Both the position numbers and the translations under genes were made by a program. 64,000 nucleotides of DNA. Source: Eledone cirrhosa. Its lineage: Eukaryota. Under the pieces are notes generated by a model. The model worked only from the letters and a program-made list of their open reading frames with translations. It was not told where the DNA came from and ran no database searches. The stretch lies in NCBI GenBank assembly GCA_964016885.1, contig OZ024742.1, positions 329,034,001 to 329,098,000 of the forward strand, read 5' to 3'. Shown here piece after piece: positions 1 through 18,798 of this stretch. How positions within the stretch are numbered: position 1 is the first letter of the stretch; the number at the start of each line of letters is the position of its first letter.

Positions 1-2329
1 TATCCAAAGCGATGGAGAGGGTAATACATGATTTGTGTAGGAGAGTGTGGGCTGCTTGGTGGGAAAGGCTTACTTTCTAATTTGTTAATGTGGTCAGAGC
101 AAGAAATATCAAAAACTAAGTTGGTCAACTTGCCAAACTCCTAAATGAAATTATTTCACAGTCAAAAAGGGTGAAGTGGGTGAACATTCTAGTGTGTTAA
201 TATGCCAGTTTACTCCTTTATTCTTCAAATTGATCGTGCCATTAAACTACGACCATGCTGGGTATACGTCTCAAAAGGATTTCGACAATCATATTGACCC
301 TTCTGCTTATTTTTTCAATGTTTCTTTTGTCGAATTTCTAAGTTACGTATCATAAGTTAGTTTCTGAACGTGAAATGAAATCGGGATACGCTTTGGATTT
401 CTTCAAACCCCTACAAGCATGGATAAATGAACGCAAAACATATGGTTAAGGAGCTCACTTCCCAATAATTACATCCCAAGCTCGATCTCGCTGTATGGCA
501 CCTGTGGAAAATGTCATTTACCTACCTTATCCTAGGATTGACCCATGCATTGTGAATGACATTGGGTAGTCGGAAGCACGTCAAATTGTCTAGAATTATA
601 ATTCAAATGGTTAACATTTTCACACATATTATTACACTAAATTTCGCTGAGGATTATGTTGAAGAGACATGAGTAGGCTCTTAACGCTAGTCGAACAAGT
701 GGAATGTTCACTGATGAAGCCGATGTGGATATATTTTATAAATGACAATATGACTATAACCTGAGCACATAACTGCCGAGCGACACGACCTGCTGGAAAT
801 AACAGCCATACCTACCACAAATATCACACAATGAACGGAAGATATATCATAATATGTATTCCTAGGGTCACTTTGTTCAAAATTATGATGGGATGGTCGC
901 AGCTAGAATGCTTTTGACAATTGATTTTGTTAACAATACTGATATGAGCCAAACGATAACATATGCTCTGTAAAGTATATTCAGCAGAACATACATGATT
1001 TGCAAATGTGCACTAATGTACACTCACATACACCAGAGCATACACACACACGAATACACATGCACATACACAAACACGTATACACAAGAACGCACACACG
1101 CATCTCGCTTCTTCTTTGAAATCCGTCGAAGTCGATGATGTTACATTTCAAGGCAGCCGGCGATAGATACATACATGGATTTATATTCTAATACGGGACA
1201 TACAGACTTGAAACAGTTGTTGATCAATATGCACACACACATGCACAAACACAGAACAGACTCCTGCACGCATTTATTCATATCTGTGATGTTCCACTGG
1301 TTGTATGCAGTAATAACATGCTAAATGCGAATATTCATCTGCTCTGAGGGATAAGCCCCATTAAACACGTGTTAACTTAGATACATACATATGTAATACA
1401 CACAAGCATATGCATATATGCACAACAAGAAACACATTTCTACATGTCATTATATATGTGTAAAACACACCTTTAGACCATACTTATTCTCGAATCTACA
1501 TCCAAGCGCATACATATATATATAATTTACACATGTAAACATAGACTCCTACATAGAAGCACATAAACACTTTTTTTTTCTTAGGGAGGTATGTAAGACC
1601 AAGTAAGTTCGCTTCGACCTCCAAGTCATTCTATGGAAGTCCTCTATGTGGAGTTTATCCAGAACCAGCGCCTTCTTCCAGTTATACGCTCTATTCACCT
1701 AAACGAAATGATTTCAACTTTGTTAAAATATCGAAACTAATTTTTAACAGTTTTGTCTCTGATCACACTATGAAAATTGCTAAGCTAATATTATTTTTTA
1801 CAATCCACACTAACACTTGCGAAACAATGTTACAACTCATAACACCATATGATACTCATCTCCACTTTTGATATTTCTACAACACTGCTACGTAGGAAAG
1901 TTTAGTGATATATTTATTCCTCGCAAAAAATTATTTAAATATATAAGTTTGTATAAACTGAGAACCTTTAAAGTTCAGGCAGCTGCTTAGTTGGGTTGAC
2001 AGTACCAACAGCTCTAATTTTATTTGAAATTCAAAGGGACTGCCTTGTTATATAATGTATCACACTGGATCTACCAGGGAATTGCGTTTAGGATAATTGT
2101 GTCCGAGGACATAATTATTTATGTTATTTCAAAAAGTTAATAGTTAAATTGAATACTCTGATCCTCAGGATAATCAACGTGGATTTCATTAATCAACTGG
2201 TTTTTACGTCAAATTCTAGCATGCCTACATGTGCATTTTATCACAACGTGTTTGTATTTACAGCACGCGCGCGCGCACACACACATACACACACACACAC
2301 ACACACACAGGTACACACGCGCGCGCACG

Positions 2330-2368
<39 letters not shown>

Positions 2369-3482
2369 ACACACACACACACATGTGCATACGTATAAAC
2401 ACTTTGTATTTAAAACATTCAAGTATTAACTGAATGAATACACAATACTTGTGAGCAAATTGTGAAATATATTTTCAGAACTAATAATTACTCAGTTACC
2501 AGATGAAACACTAATATATATATAAATTCTCGGCAGTGTTATATATGTCTAAATTCCCTCTATATTTTTACTATTTTAGGATTGGTGACAACGATTTTGA
2601 TTAAACTGTTTACACAATAGGAGCAGGTGGCAGAGAAAGAATCGTTTGGAAGCGAGAAAAAGATTGAAGAGGGGAAGTAGCAAAGGAGACAACGAAGTGT
2701 AAAAGTAAAGTAAAAGATAGAGGAAATAACAAAAGAGCTCCGAAAGAAATTATGATCCGGATTGATAAAGAAACATTTTGATACCAACCCGACCCGTTCA
2801 GGTGCAGGCTCTCTGAAACAAAAATCTACCAAGAAATATATACAAGAACTAATGAAATGATTGATTATTTTGATGAATCGCTCAAAATTCTACATACATT
2901 ATTTGAAATATAGCATTTCCTTAGAAATGTGGTAAAGGTATGTTTTAAAGAGACGTGGTAATATCTTTGGTGTATACCCGGATTAAATCGGGCATGTCCA
3001 AATAAGAGCAAAAGCAGCAGCATAGTTCTAATATTCGAGCCTTTACTCACGTGGCTCGAACTATTGGAAACACCAACCAATTCTCTTTCTAGATCTTATT
3101 TGTCTTAAGATCGGAAAAGGAACATTGAATAGTAAAGTTTAGATGACCATATCTAAAAGGAATGGTTCCAATTGGAATGCCGCTAATTATAGATCTGCTC
3201 GATCAGGGCTGATTTTAGGTTATATTACAACATCAACATAAAAGCAAGAAGACACATTGTATTGAAGCCATAACAACTGCAATAACAACAAAACTACCTA
3301 CTACTATTACTACATGCAAAAAAGTTGTCAGAACCACAAATATATATTTTTAATCGATGGAATTTTGCGATTAACATTTCACAGCATGGCATATTAATTT
3401 ATAACAAAAAAACAGATTATTATTCCGATATGATATCGACTAGATTAAACTGGGATTACAGTTTATCCGCTCAGTTATGTAG

Positions 3483-5500
<2,018 letters not shown>

Positions 5501-6344
5501 GATAATTTTTAAACCAATTTCTTTTGTTTTTTTTTCTATTCTCAATGTCCTGCGTCCTCATGAAACACATTAGCGAGACTTTCTTGAAAATTACAAAGCA
5601 CCACTAAGACTGTATCACATGAAATGCTAAAGTCTTTACTGCAAAGTTTCACAATCTGTTTACTCACAAAGTTAATATAAATATTTGAGTCAACATATCC
5701 CTTTTTAGATATATTCTGCCAATTCATTTCAGTATGGTAAGGGTACATTTTTTGAGAAAATATATTATTCTTATGGAGTTGCATGTGCTGAAACTGAAGC
5801 AATTAGATTATGTAAAATACAATAGCATTTAACGCTATGATCAATTACAGCATGATCATATCCCAGCAACACCGGAAAGAGTGCTGTATACATGTATTTC
5901 ACTACCGTTACTGTAAGTTAGAATCTGTCAATTTACGCCACATTGTCAACGTATAGAAAACAGAAAAAAGCTATCTAAACATATTTAGATATAGCGCAAG
6001 CTTGACCGACGGGATTCAATGTAAAATTGTGTATGGGTCACTATGAGCACAGCTTAAAATACTTAGTAAGATTTAGTGTACGGTTATCATATGCTAATAT
6101 ATTTCATTATATATTTTAAAAGTTGAACAATAATCAACACAGCCTGAAAAGAATAACTTTGTTCTAAAATCATTTAAAACATCACTAAAGAACATATGGT
6201 GAAATATGGGTTACAATAGATTAGATATTAAACAAATCGTCGTATAACATCATTTATGGCAGGTAATTACCCAGATGCATAACCAGTTTGATTTATTACG
6301 CATGCGTTACCGGAAGTCGAAACAGATTCACGTTCTTTATACAT

Positions 6345-6404
<60 letters not shown>

Positions 6405-6450
6405 TATATATATATATGAGAGAAACATCCTATAACACTTCATTATATAT

Positions 6451-6550
6451 GCCGAGGCTGACTTTGCCTTTCATCCTTACGGAGTCGATAAAATAAAGTA
6501 CCAGTAATGTACTCGGTAATTGCTGGCCTTGTGCCTAAAGTAGAAACAAT
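6451..6550 (+). mobile_element. tRNA-derived SINE family 1 (Meta-domain-like core), 5'-truncated
   Basis: CTTTGCCTTTCATCCTTACGGAGTCGATAAAATAAAGTACCAGT core, repeated more than ten times in the window. Confidence 0.8.
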
Positions 6551-7650
6551 TATATATATATGTGTGTGTGCGCGCATACACACACGCATACCACACACAC
6601 ACACACGCACACAGACACATATATAAATATGAATATGCCATGAAAACGTTTATAGTGTCTCTACCACGATAAACTACAACCAATACACACTATGAAGTGG
6701 TTGCAAATACAAAGGACCTCCAGTTGTAGAAATCATGACCAGAGGAGAATTTTTGTATAAGAGATATTGCCCCTGATACATCTGAGATGAGAGTAACACC
6801 GAGGAAGTCTTAGTCTGTGATCACTTGTCTAAAACATGCCAACATGAATAAATAGACGTTGAATTACACACACCAATACACACATACACAGGCAGAGAGA
6901 CAGGCAGAGAAAGACATACACACACGCACACACATACACTCATATATATATATATACTATTTTTCTCGGTTACTTTTCTAAAAATGCCAGACATACGAAA
7001 ATTATAGATGGTATCAAAACAGTCTTTTTTATTTTGATATTCGTTGTTTTAATTTCGGCTCTTTTTTTTTTACTTGCTACATTTTACACATGCTTCACTT
7101 TTGTTCCACTTTCTCTGCACTTTGAATTTCAATTGAGTGTGGCCATATCTGGAGACATTTTTCTGTAGTGGAACTTCGTATATTACTTTTCGGTCTGTTG
7201 AGTTGCAACATATGATCTGTTTAGCTTAACAATACTCCCAGAGGATCTAGACTTAATAGTTTTCGCTTATTTTCTTCGGGTTATGTTTAAACTATTTCAC
7301 AGCATATCTTTTGACAAACTTCTGACATATTTCCAAGAACAGACTTCTGCCAAACTTGTCATTCTTCTAGCACTTGTATTGTTTTCCTTGTGTGCCAGAG
7401 TCTGCCAGTCAAATGGAATGTGAGCAGTCGGCACTTCAGGGAAATACCATCAACATCAATCTTCTTTATAATAGCATTAGGTCGCAATGGGATATTTATT
7501 ATTATGGATATTGTTGTTGAACGACGGATAGTAAAAGGCAAAGCAGAAAATACTTTTCTCGTCGTTCAAACAGTGACTCGGTTTTGATTTTCGCTATACT
7601 TTTACTGGTTTCAGTTATTAGAACATGTTATTTTCCAGTTACGGGGCATA

Positions 7651-7709
<59 letters not shown>

Positions 7710-7784
7710 GCGCGCACACGCACACGCACAAACTCACTCACATACACACACACAAACACACACAAAAATATATATACCCACAGG

Positions 7785-7940
7785 CACTACGACCTTATAC
7801 AGTTTCCGTCTAACAAACTTCCGTTCGCAAGGCATTGGCCACACCAACAATGTAGTAGTTCTTTGACAAGATATCGATCAATGAGACTCTATCCGAAACT
7901 ACGCGGTTTCGAAGTGAACTCCTTAACCACGCAGCCATAT
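7785..7940 (-). mobile_element. Degraded tRNA-derived SINE, family 2
   Basis: Similar to diverged copies near 445-585, 7990-8110 and 62450-62600. Confidence 0.5.
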
Positions 7941-10845
7941 CTGCGTCTGACGTTGTCGTGACATAAACATTATGTGCATGCAGTATGACCTCATTATGAG
8001 CTTCTTGGTTAGCTCCCATTGCATGGCATCTTGGGCATCATTCACCATAGCGTCCGGCAAACCAAAGCCTTATGTTTGAAATTGGGCACACAGAATGTGC
8101 ATGGAATTTCGTGGGATGGATTGTACCTACAATTCAAGCGACCACGTTTGTCAGATTAAATGACTAGTAGATAAGAATGCATGTTTATGAATCAGTGGAT
8201 AAGTAAGTGTAAACCGTGTTTGAGTAATCTAGAAGCTCGATATATTTTTCAGTCATATAAAGTATTTACTAAGTTGCCAAATGTCTTCATGGCGAATTGT
8301 TAGAATCGTTAAAGTGTTGGATAGAATACTCTGCTGCATTTGTTTAGAGTATTTGCGCCCTGTGATCAAATCTCACCAAAGTCAAATTTGACTAGATTTT
8401 CGTCTCTTTGAGATCGGTAAATAAGTTCTCAATCGAGAGAGATGTGAAAGTGATATTGCTATAGCGACGAACGGCTGTTTGCGATTATCTGCTCCGACTC
8501 CTTGCTCTCTGTTGGCGACAGCTACGGCGACTCTGAAAAAAAACTTTATCAATGCAGATGGAAAACTTTATTAATGCAGATGGAAAACATTCATGTACAA
8601 CTGCTGGTTTTCTATATATATAAAATAAAAAGAATCGTCCAGCTCAGCTTCTTACCTAGGAACTTTCAGTGCAGATCCATAGAGTCGAGATACACACGGG
8701 GAGCCCAAATAGAATGATCACTAGAAAGAAAATCGATAAGACGTTTTCATTAATGCAGTTAGAATATATTGAAAGTTATTAATAATAATATTTGTGCCAA
8801 ACAAGAGGGCGAGAGATACAGATTTGAGAATTAATTCCTACGTGGTACACTCTTTCATTCATCTTTCCAAACTGGATCCAGATAAACACCACTCACATAG
8901 TGGATTCGATTCAGTTTAGCACATCATTCTTTTGATCTATTAATTCAATGAGAGCAATCAATATATGCAATGTGTTTGCCATTGCTGTTGTTTAGCGGCA
9001 GGTAAGTCTGATCGCATTGATTAATGATCAAAGGGGTTTCAATTCTAACCATCTGTTTGTATATTATGGACTACAGCGCATTGGTATATGTGGAGTGGAA
9101 GCGTATATTCCTTTACTTTAATTTAAGATTCTTGCGATCTGACGCTACAAACCCTACATTCTATCCAAGAGTACCTAGTGGGTTTTATATGACGCTGCGT
9201 GTACCCGACATAAAGTGGTAAGCATCTCATCAGAGCAATGCCGATTTAGCACTTATATTATTAACACCAACAAAGGGAAATCCTAGAATCAATAGAGCCT
9301 CGAATAAAATTACGTTTGATATTGATTCCAGTTCTCTACATTTTACGGTCAAATCCCAGCGAGGTTATGTTTGAATTTCCGCCTTTCGGTGGGCCATTAA
9401 AGAAAATATCAATCATGTGTTTGGGAAAATGTTAACAGTCCTTACTCACACTCAATATTGCTGGGCTTGTGCTTGAATATAAATAATAATTGACACGAAT
9501 AACAGACTGGTGCATTAGCAGAGTCGTTAGTGTAAGATGAAACCTTTTGCAGTAGTTATGCCTGCGTTTTCCTTTCAGACTCCATACACCTACGAATTCA
9601 AATGTGTTTATCATCCTTCTACTGCCAATAACAAATAGTGCCATTTAATTACTGAAACTAATATAATCGTCTTTCCGCACCGTATGCGACGATAGCATTG
9701 TGCTTAAATTAGAAAAACCCATATACTCTTATAAGTCTTTACGTGGTCGATTACCCTGCTAAAATTAGCAGCCAGATATCGCTCAAATTACATGCATCGA
9801 TACTGAATAACGAAAGGGCGCATTGAAAAGAATCGCCTTACATGCCCCTAAAATGATAGTGATTACCGCTAAGAATACATTTGATCTTGAGTGTGCTGTA
9901 TGAAAGAGTTTACATCGAGCTGAAAAGTAACATAATTGAAAAAAGATATCATTATCAAAATACACCTTATTTCTCTTATGCTAAATTCATAAGTTACGGA
10001 ATCCTGGACTAATATATCATTGAAAGCGAGTTTGTTGTATAATTACGCTAATAAATATATGATACGCATCTTCATCCATATCAAGTGAACGAGGGTGTAA
10101 TTTGCTGATCGTCCTACATTAACGCAGTTCTCAGTGAGTTTGACATATCATGTGAGAAGTCTGGCCCTTTGAATCCTTGTACAACCCATATTCAATTATA
10201 GAGTAAATCCACAAGCCTCGTATTTAAGCAGTCCCATCTACCCAATTTCACTCAAAATACCTGAGTTTAAGGTAAACTAGACTTGCCGAAGATGCAACTC
10301 AGTGATTTTCATTATTCAGCCATTCTGTGTCTATCGTAAATATAACTGATGTTAACAATATTACATTCACGTAATTTAAGCGTTATATAATATGTTTAAC
10401 ACTTAAACGTTAATAAACAAGCAGGCTGTTTCGGTGATTGAACCATAGGTGCTTGAATCCAAGACCGATCGTCTTATGTTAAGAGAGGTTTCAGTCATGA
10501 ACATCCTGTTTTTATTTTTTTTCAAAATTTCAGTATATAGGTGGCCACATAATCCAAAATATCCTCTGTCTCTAAACGCCATGATGTAATTTGTGGAAGA
10601 TTTTGTGATTTTAGGAGGTCTCTTAGTATTTATTTTATGTTCTGCCATCAGGTAGCATCTGTTATCGTTTTCTTTGAACTGAATCTGATGATATGCTAAC
10701 TTAATGTTAATTAAACAGCAAAACACACTCACACACATTACAGTATACATACATAAAGTCACAAATGCAAAGACGCGTACACACACACATTTGTGCACAC
10801 ATACATATACACATGTATATATATATATATTATATATATATATAT

Positions 10846-10877
<32 letters not shown>

Positions 10878-11007
10878 ATATAATATATATATATATATAT
10901 AATATATATATATTATATATAATATATATATATAATATATATATATATAATATATATATATACATTTTTTTAAATATTTACTTCTGCGTTCACAGATTGA
11001 CTTTTTT

Positions 11008-11058
11008 AGTTTCAGAAGATCCCGTTAAGGGTGAAAGTAGCGATTCTTAGCTTAAACT
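11008..11058 (+). ncRNA. Hammerhead-like motif, family C (CAGAAGA core), single arm
   Basis: AGTTT-CAGAAGA-TCCC GTTAA GGGT-GAAAGT...GCT-T-AAACT; the family C terminal sequence reappears at 11504-11535. Confidence 0.55.
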
Positions 11059-11098
11059 TTAATCTGTTATTTTAACAAATATATATAATATATATATA

Positions 11099-11215
<117 letters not shown>

Positions 11216-11535
11216 CGCGAACGTATTAATTGCTACATCTATATACTTATAGTTGTCTATGATTAGGAACTGACACTTGGAGAAGTAGCTAGATGACACG
11301 TTTTAAGAACGTTGATGGATTCACCAATTTATATCGTATCATTACTAGCTACCTGTTCCTCTCAACATTGGACCCTCTCCCTCTTGCCATTCCTTCAGAG
11401 ATAGGCAACATATTAACAATGATGATATATATACATACATGCACACACCCATATGTGTGTCTGTGTGTTTGTGTGTGTGTGTGTGTGAGTACGTGTGTGT
11501 GTGTGGATTTTAGTCTTCAAATTTATTATTATTAC

Positions 11536-13696
<2,161 letters not shown>

Positions 13697-14135
13697 GTAA
13701 CACACAAGTTATTATATATTGGTAAACGGAATAGAAAATACTGACAAATTGTTCACAGTTGAAAAATGGTTTAATTAGGAATAAAAGAGTATTAGTGATT
13801 GTATGGGTTAGTATTCAATATATATATATATATATAAAAACAAATAACGAAACGAAATTAAATTTCGTTTCGTTTGTAACTCACTTTTGTATGACTGACG
13901 CTTAAACAATTAAGTTAAAAAATTACATCTACATATGCATACTGAAATACTAGTGTGTATATGAATACACACACGTATACATATGTATATGTAACAAGTC
14001 TTTCACTGGTTGCTTTACTGTGAGCACCCAGCTATTCTGTATGTAAACACACAGACAAACCGGTTTTTAGAGTCATACTGGTTTTTGAGGGAACACCTTC
14101 CCTCTATTCTCCTTCCCTCTATATATATGTATATA

Positions 14136-14242
<107 letters not shown>

Positions 14243-14281
14243 CATATATATATAAATATATGCGTATATATATATATATAT

Positions 14282-14655
14282 ATGGTGGCTGCCAAATCGT
14301 TTTCGAGTACGGCCACTACTTTATATCCATGTAGGAGAACTCCTACCGATGCGCTGAACGAGTGTGACTTTTCAGTCCAGCCAGCGACTTGAAAACTTTG
14401 GTCCAAACACTACATTTGTGACAATTATTGACATGGGCCCATGGTACCATGTGACGACAAGTGCAGAGAGATCTCAAGATATAAAGCAATGCCTGTGCCG
14501 TGAAGCTTTTATAGTGAGCAAAGGCACTGCACAAAGCCAGTCCCACTCTCTTAACCAAGATGATATTTACCAAAAAGAAGAACAAGTCAACATCATTAGA
14601 TACCATCAGGGTTGCAGGTGTTATATCAGAGTTTTCCTTCTCCTAGAGTTCTGCT
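14282..14655 (-). mobile_element. Short RTE-derived non-autonomous retroelement, 5'-truncated
   Basis: Near-identical to the left part of 17184-17793; minus strand encodes a C2H2-like remnant (CS..TKVFKSLAGLKSHTRSAH); (TA)n on both sides. Confidence 0.7.
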
Positions 14656-14675
14656 AGTATATATATATATATATA

Positions 14676-15480
14676 CTAGTATTAAAGCCCGGCGTTGCTC
14701 GGGGTCAGTAAGTTACCAAAGTTAGATTGCACCACCCATTTTATGGCACCACTTTTTGTCTGCCAGGCACTGGGTGAATGATTTCCAGACCCGCACTGCC
14801 GAAGCAGGAGCTGCACCAGCAGTGACAATTGTAATTTCGCCTATGGATATTATCTCTGTGCAAAGAAGTGTAGAAATTTATTGTTTCACAGTACTTGCGC
14901 AACACGCGCGCAGACGATGCCAGCCGAGCAACAGAGCTGCGATGGAGTTGTTCGGAATGGTTGTCCAATGTGTGTTTTCTAAATTTAAAAAAGTAGGGAG
15001 GGTTGTGATATGGGGAGAATTAGCTGCTGTTTCTAGCAGGTTTAGTGACCTCATAGAGGATATGTTTTCTAAATTTAAGACAGTAAGGAGTGGTATGATA
15101 TGGGGGAGAGTTAGCTGCTGTTTCTAGCAGGATTAGTGACCTCATAGAGGATATGTTTTCTAAATTTAAGACAGTAGTGAGGGGTGTGATATGGGGGTGA
15201 GTTAGCTGCTGTTATATAAATGTTTGACCGTTCCACACTCAAAAACAAACATTCCCACTCTCTCTGTCCCTCTCACTCACTCTCTCTCTTAAAGTTTGTA
15301 AGTTTAATCGTATATAAGAGAAAGTTGCAGCATGTATGTAGTTTTATCGAATTTTAAGGAAGGTAGAGAGAGTTAATCTGATTGTATTATAGGTGTAAAA
15401 TCGTTATGTATTTAGTTTTATCGATTATCCCCGTAATTGTGGGTATATTTGAATGAAATAAATAGTCGGTGACCTAATGT
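14676..15480 (-). mobile_element. Putative non-autonomous Helitron (3' end clear, 5' end uncertain)
   Basis: Minus strand ends in hairpin CCCGAGCAACGCCGGG, a short spacer, then CTAG|T, the typical Helitron 3' terminus; internal tandem repeat. Confidence 0.6.
14973..15212. repeat. Tandem repeat, ~90 bp unit, about 2.7 copies
   Basis: TGTTTTCTAAATTTAA...TTAGCTGCTGTTTCTAGCAGG...GACCTCATAGAGGATA repeated. Confidence 0.9.
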
Positions 15481-15626
15481 AGATCATTTACAACATTCTT
15501 ACCCTCTTTGAGTCGAATCGGTTAGAAATTGTGCAAATGTATAAACATGGAACATGCACACACACAACAACAACAATCTGTCATTTATAGATAATGATAT
15601 ATATATATCTCTGTGTGTGTGTGTGC

Positions 15627-15676
<50 letters not shown>

Positions 15677-15713
15677 GTGTATGTGTGTATATATATATAC
15701 ACACATATATATA

Positions 15714-15745
<32 letters not shown>

Positions 15746-15949
15746 ATATATATATATATATATAATGTCGTGGTCGTTAAAATAGTACCATTTCAGTACT
15801 GGAGTCGATTCTTTCTTTATAGAAGAAAACAGCTGTGTTCAGACCGACCGCCACGTTTAAAAGTGCCCTAGACACGCCGTTTGACGGTGCCTCTACAACT
15901 TCTCAAGGAATTATGGGAACTTTATCCTTTTTATTATACACACACATAC

Positions 15950-16002
<53 letters not shown>

Positions 16003-16396
16003 TGCGTGCGTGCGTGCGTGCGTGAGTGTATATATATTATTCATATGAGGATTTATAGCTGAATGAAAACCAAACGCTGAGCTGTAAATCCTCATAAAAT
16101 TGTATTCTCTAGAGATTGACTATAATTAATAATTATTGTGAAACCATTTAAACTTGTTTTCAGTTTTTCAACCCTAGAAATCCTAACATATACACATATG
16201 AGTGGTAAAACGAACGAACGAAAAAAAAAAACATTTACATTTACATACATGAATGTATATCCATGTATTTTTTACATCATTTTACTTTACATGACATAAT
16301 GACTTATAACACCAGATGTCTTTGCTTTTATCTTGTTTTTATCGTGTAAAAAGATTTCATCTCGCAGACGACGAGAAGAGAAGAGAGAGAGAGAGA

Positions 16397-16479
<83 letters not shown>

Positions 16480-17183
16480 AATGTAGTGAAGGAGTGATAA
16501 ACGAAAGGACAGGGTGTTAGAATTTAACAACCATAAGGGTGAGGTGTAGGGAGTTGTGGTTGTTAAGAAAACAGACGATCTCGAAATATCACCACAACTC
16601 TAAAAATTGCTCCACCCTTCGTTACCAATAGCAATAGCAATAACAAAATATATAACCAACGGTGATTGTGCGAATCGAAACCGCCTCCTACTACAAAAGC
16701 AACCACCATACTATCACTCCTCATTCAACACACCCATCATAACAAACTGGAAATATGGCATGGTCTCTGAAACTGAAAGAAATAACAGCCGAATCTCACT
16801 CAAATCACACGCCTTACAGTAATTATAAAATGACTCATTGCAGAATTTAGTCATGGGTTCCATGTACATAGGAATGAGGCGGAATGGTTGTGATCATATG
16901 TTTGTTTGATCAGGGCTGACTGCGTTAAACAATCACAACCAACTACCACTAATAACCAAATCAAACAACAGTAGCTCGACTACCATTAACATCATAACAA
17001 CCATCACCACCTCAACCACCACCTTATCTAGCCCCCACCTTCCCCCCTCTTAATAAGTGTTGATTCCTCACCTAATAAACAATATACTCGCTAAAAGCTT
17101 TCACACATCCAGATTTTCACACATAACCCGCCTTGCTCTCTCACATCGCTCCTCCCAATATATAAATATAAATATATACATAC

Positions 17184-17793
17184 ATGGTGGCTGCCAACTC
17201 GTTTTCGAGTACGGCCACTACTTTATATCCATGTAGGAGAACCCCTACTGATACGCTAAACAAGTGTGACTTTTTAGTCCAGCCAGCGACTTGAAAACTC
17301 TGGTACAAACACTACACTTGTGACAATTATTGACACATAGTGCTGGGCCCATGGTACCATATGACGACAAGTGCAGAGAGATCTCCAGATATAAAGCAAT
17401 GCCTGTGCCGTGAAGCATTTATAGTGAGCAAAGGCACTGCACAAAACCAGTCCCACTCTCTTAACCAAGATGATATTTACCAAAAAGAAGAACAAGTCAA
17501 CATCATTGGATACCATTAGGGTTGCAGGTGTTATATCAGAGTTTTCCTTCTCCTAGAATTCTGCCTTGACAAAGGCTAAGGGGTCATCTCTCCCGGTGAT
17601 TTTGGATGGCCATTGACTCTTAGGAGCTCCTTTGCCCTTTGACAGGTTTTGTTTTTAGTCCTGCAGGATGTCCAAAGTCACCCTCCTCACCAAGAAACCT
17701 TGGTGGGATTGCCAGTTTAGTCGCCAATGACCCGACCATGAGACAGGTTGTACTGGGATACATGTTACCAGTAGCACCACTGGTGACCTGACA
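17184..17793 (-). mobile_element. Short RTE-derived non-autonomous retroelement, ~610 bp, apparently complete
   Basis: Minus strand has the RTE 5'UTR-like motif GGAGAAGGAAAACTCTG plus a C-terminal zinc-finger-like remnant and no RT; TA-rich flanks. Confidence 0.7.
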
Positions 17794-17828
17794 TAATATA
17801 TATATACATACATACATACATACATACC

Positions 17829-17986
<158 letters not shown>

Positions 17987-18092
17987 TATATACATATATA
18001 TATACATATATATATATATACATCTATATATATATATATACATCTATATATATATATATATACATCTATATATATACATCTATATATATACA

Positions 18093-18150
<58 letters not shown>

Positions 18151-18180
18151 TATATATATACATCTATATATATATATATA

Positions 18181-18243
<63 letters not shown>

Positions 18244-18284
18244 TATATATACATATATATATATGTTACACCTCTATTCTTTTA

Positions 18285-18357
<73 letters not shown>

Positions 18358-18554
18358 CGTTTCTGGATTTGTTTAGCAAGATTATTTATCTGAAAACGTG
18401 TGTCGAAACCGATATTTGAGGGTCATGTTGCCAATAAGAAACACACGCACCAGTAACTTTCACTTCAATTTATTATAATAAATTTATAAATTTAGGAATT
18501 TATAAATTTCCGGCTGGTTGGTTGGTTCCACAACCAGATGGTTGTTTATATATT

Positions 18555-18597
18555 GTCAAAGTTCTTTCGTCACACATTATGTGACCTCTTCAGTGAC
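18555..18597 (-). ncRNA. Minimal type I hammerhead ribozyme candidate in the Penelope-like 3' region
   Basis: GTCA-CTGAAGA-G-GTCACA TAATG TGTGAC-GAAAG AA CT-T-TGAC: 4-bp stem I, 6-bp stem II, tiny stem III. Confidence 0.65.
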
Positions 18598-18798
18598 TGG
18601 GGATTATTTTCCTTGTTTTTGTGCATCTCCTTTGTTCTGTCCTACGCCATCTTATTACTGTGTGTGTGTTGTGTGCTCAGTCTGCGCATGCGCCACATCC
18701 GGGTGTCTGTGTGTGTTTATTTTCGTTTATTTATTCGTTTATTTACATGTTACTGGTTGCTTGTTTGTTCTATGTGCGTGTGTGTTTTCATTTTGTCC

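Noticed and set aside
14973-15212. CRISPR-like array
   Set aside because: Contiguous tandem units without unique spacers, no cas genes, eukaryotic context.
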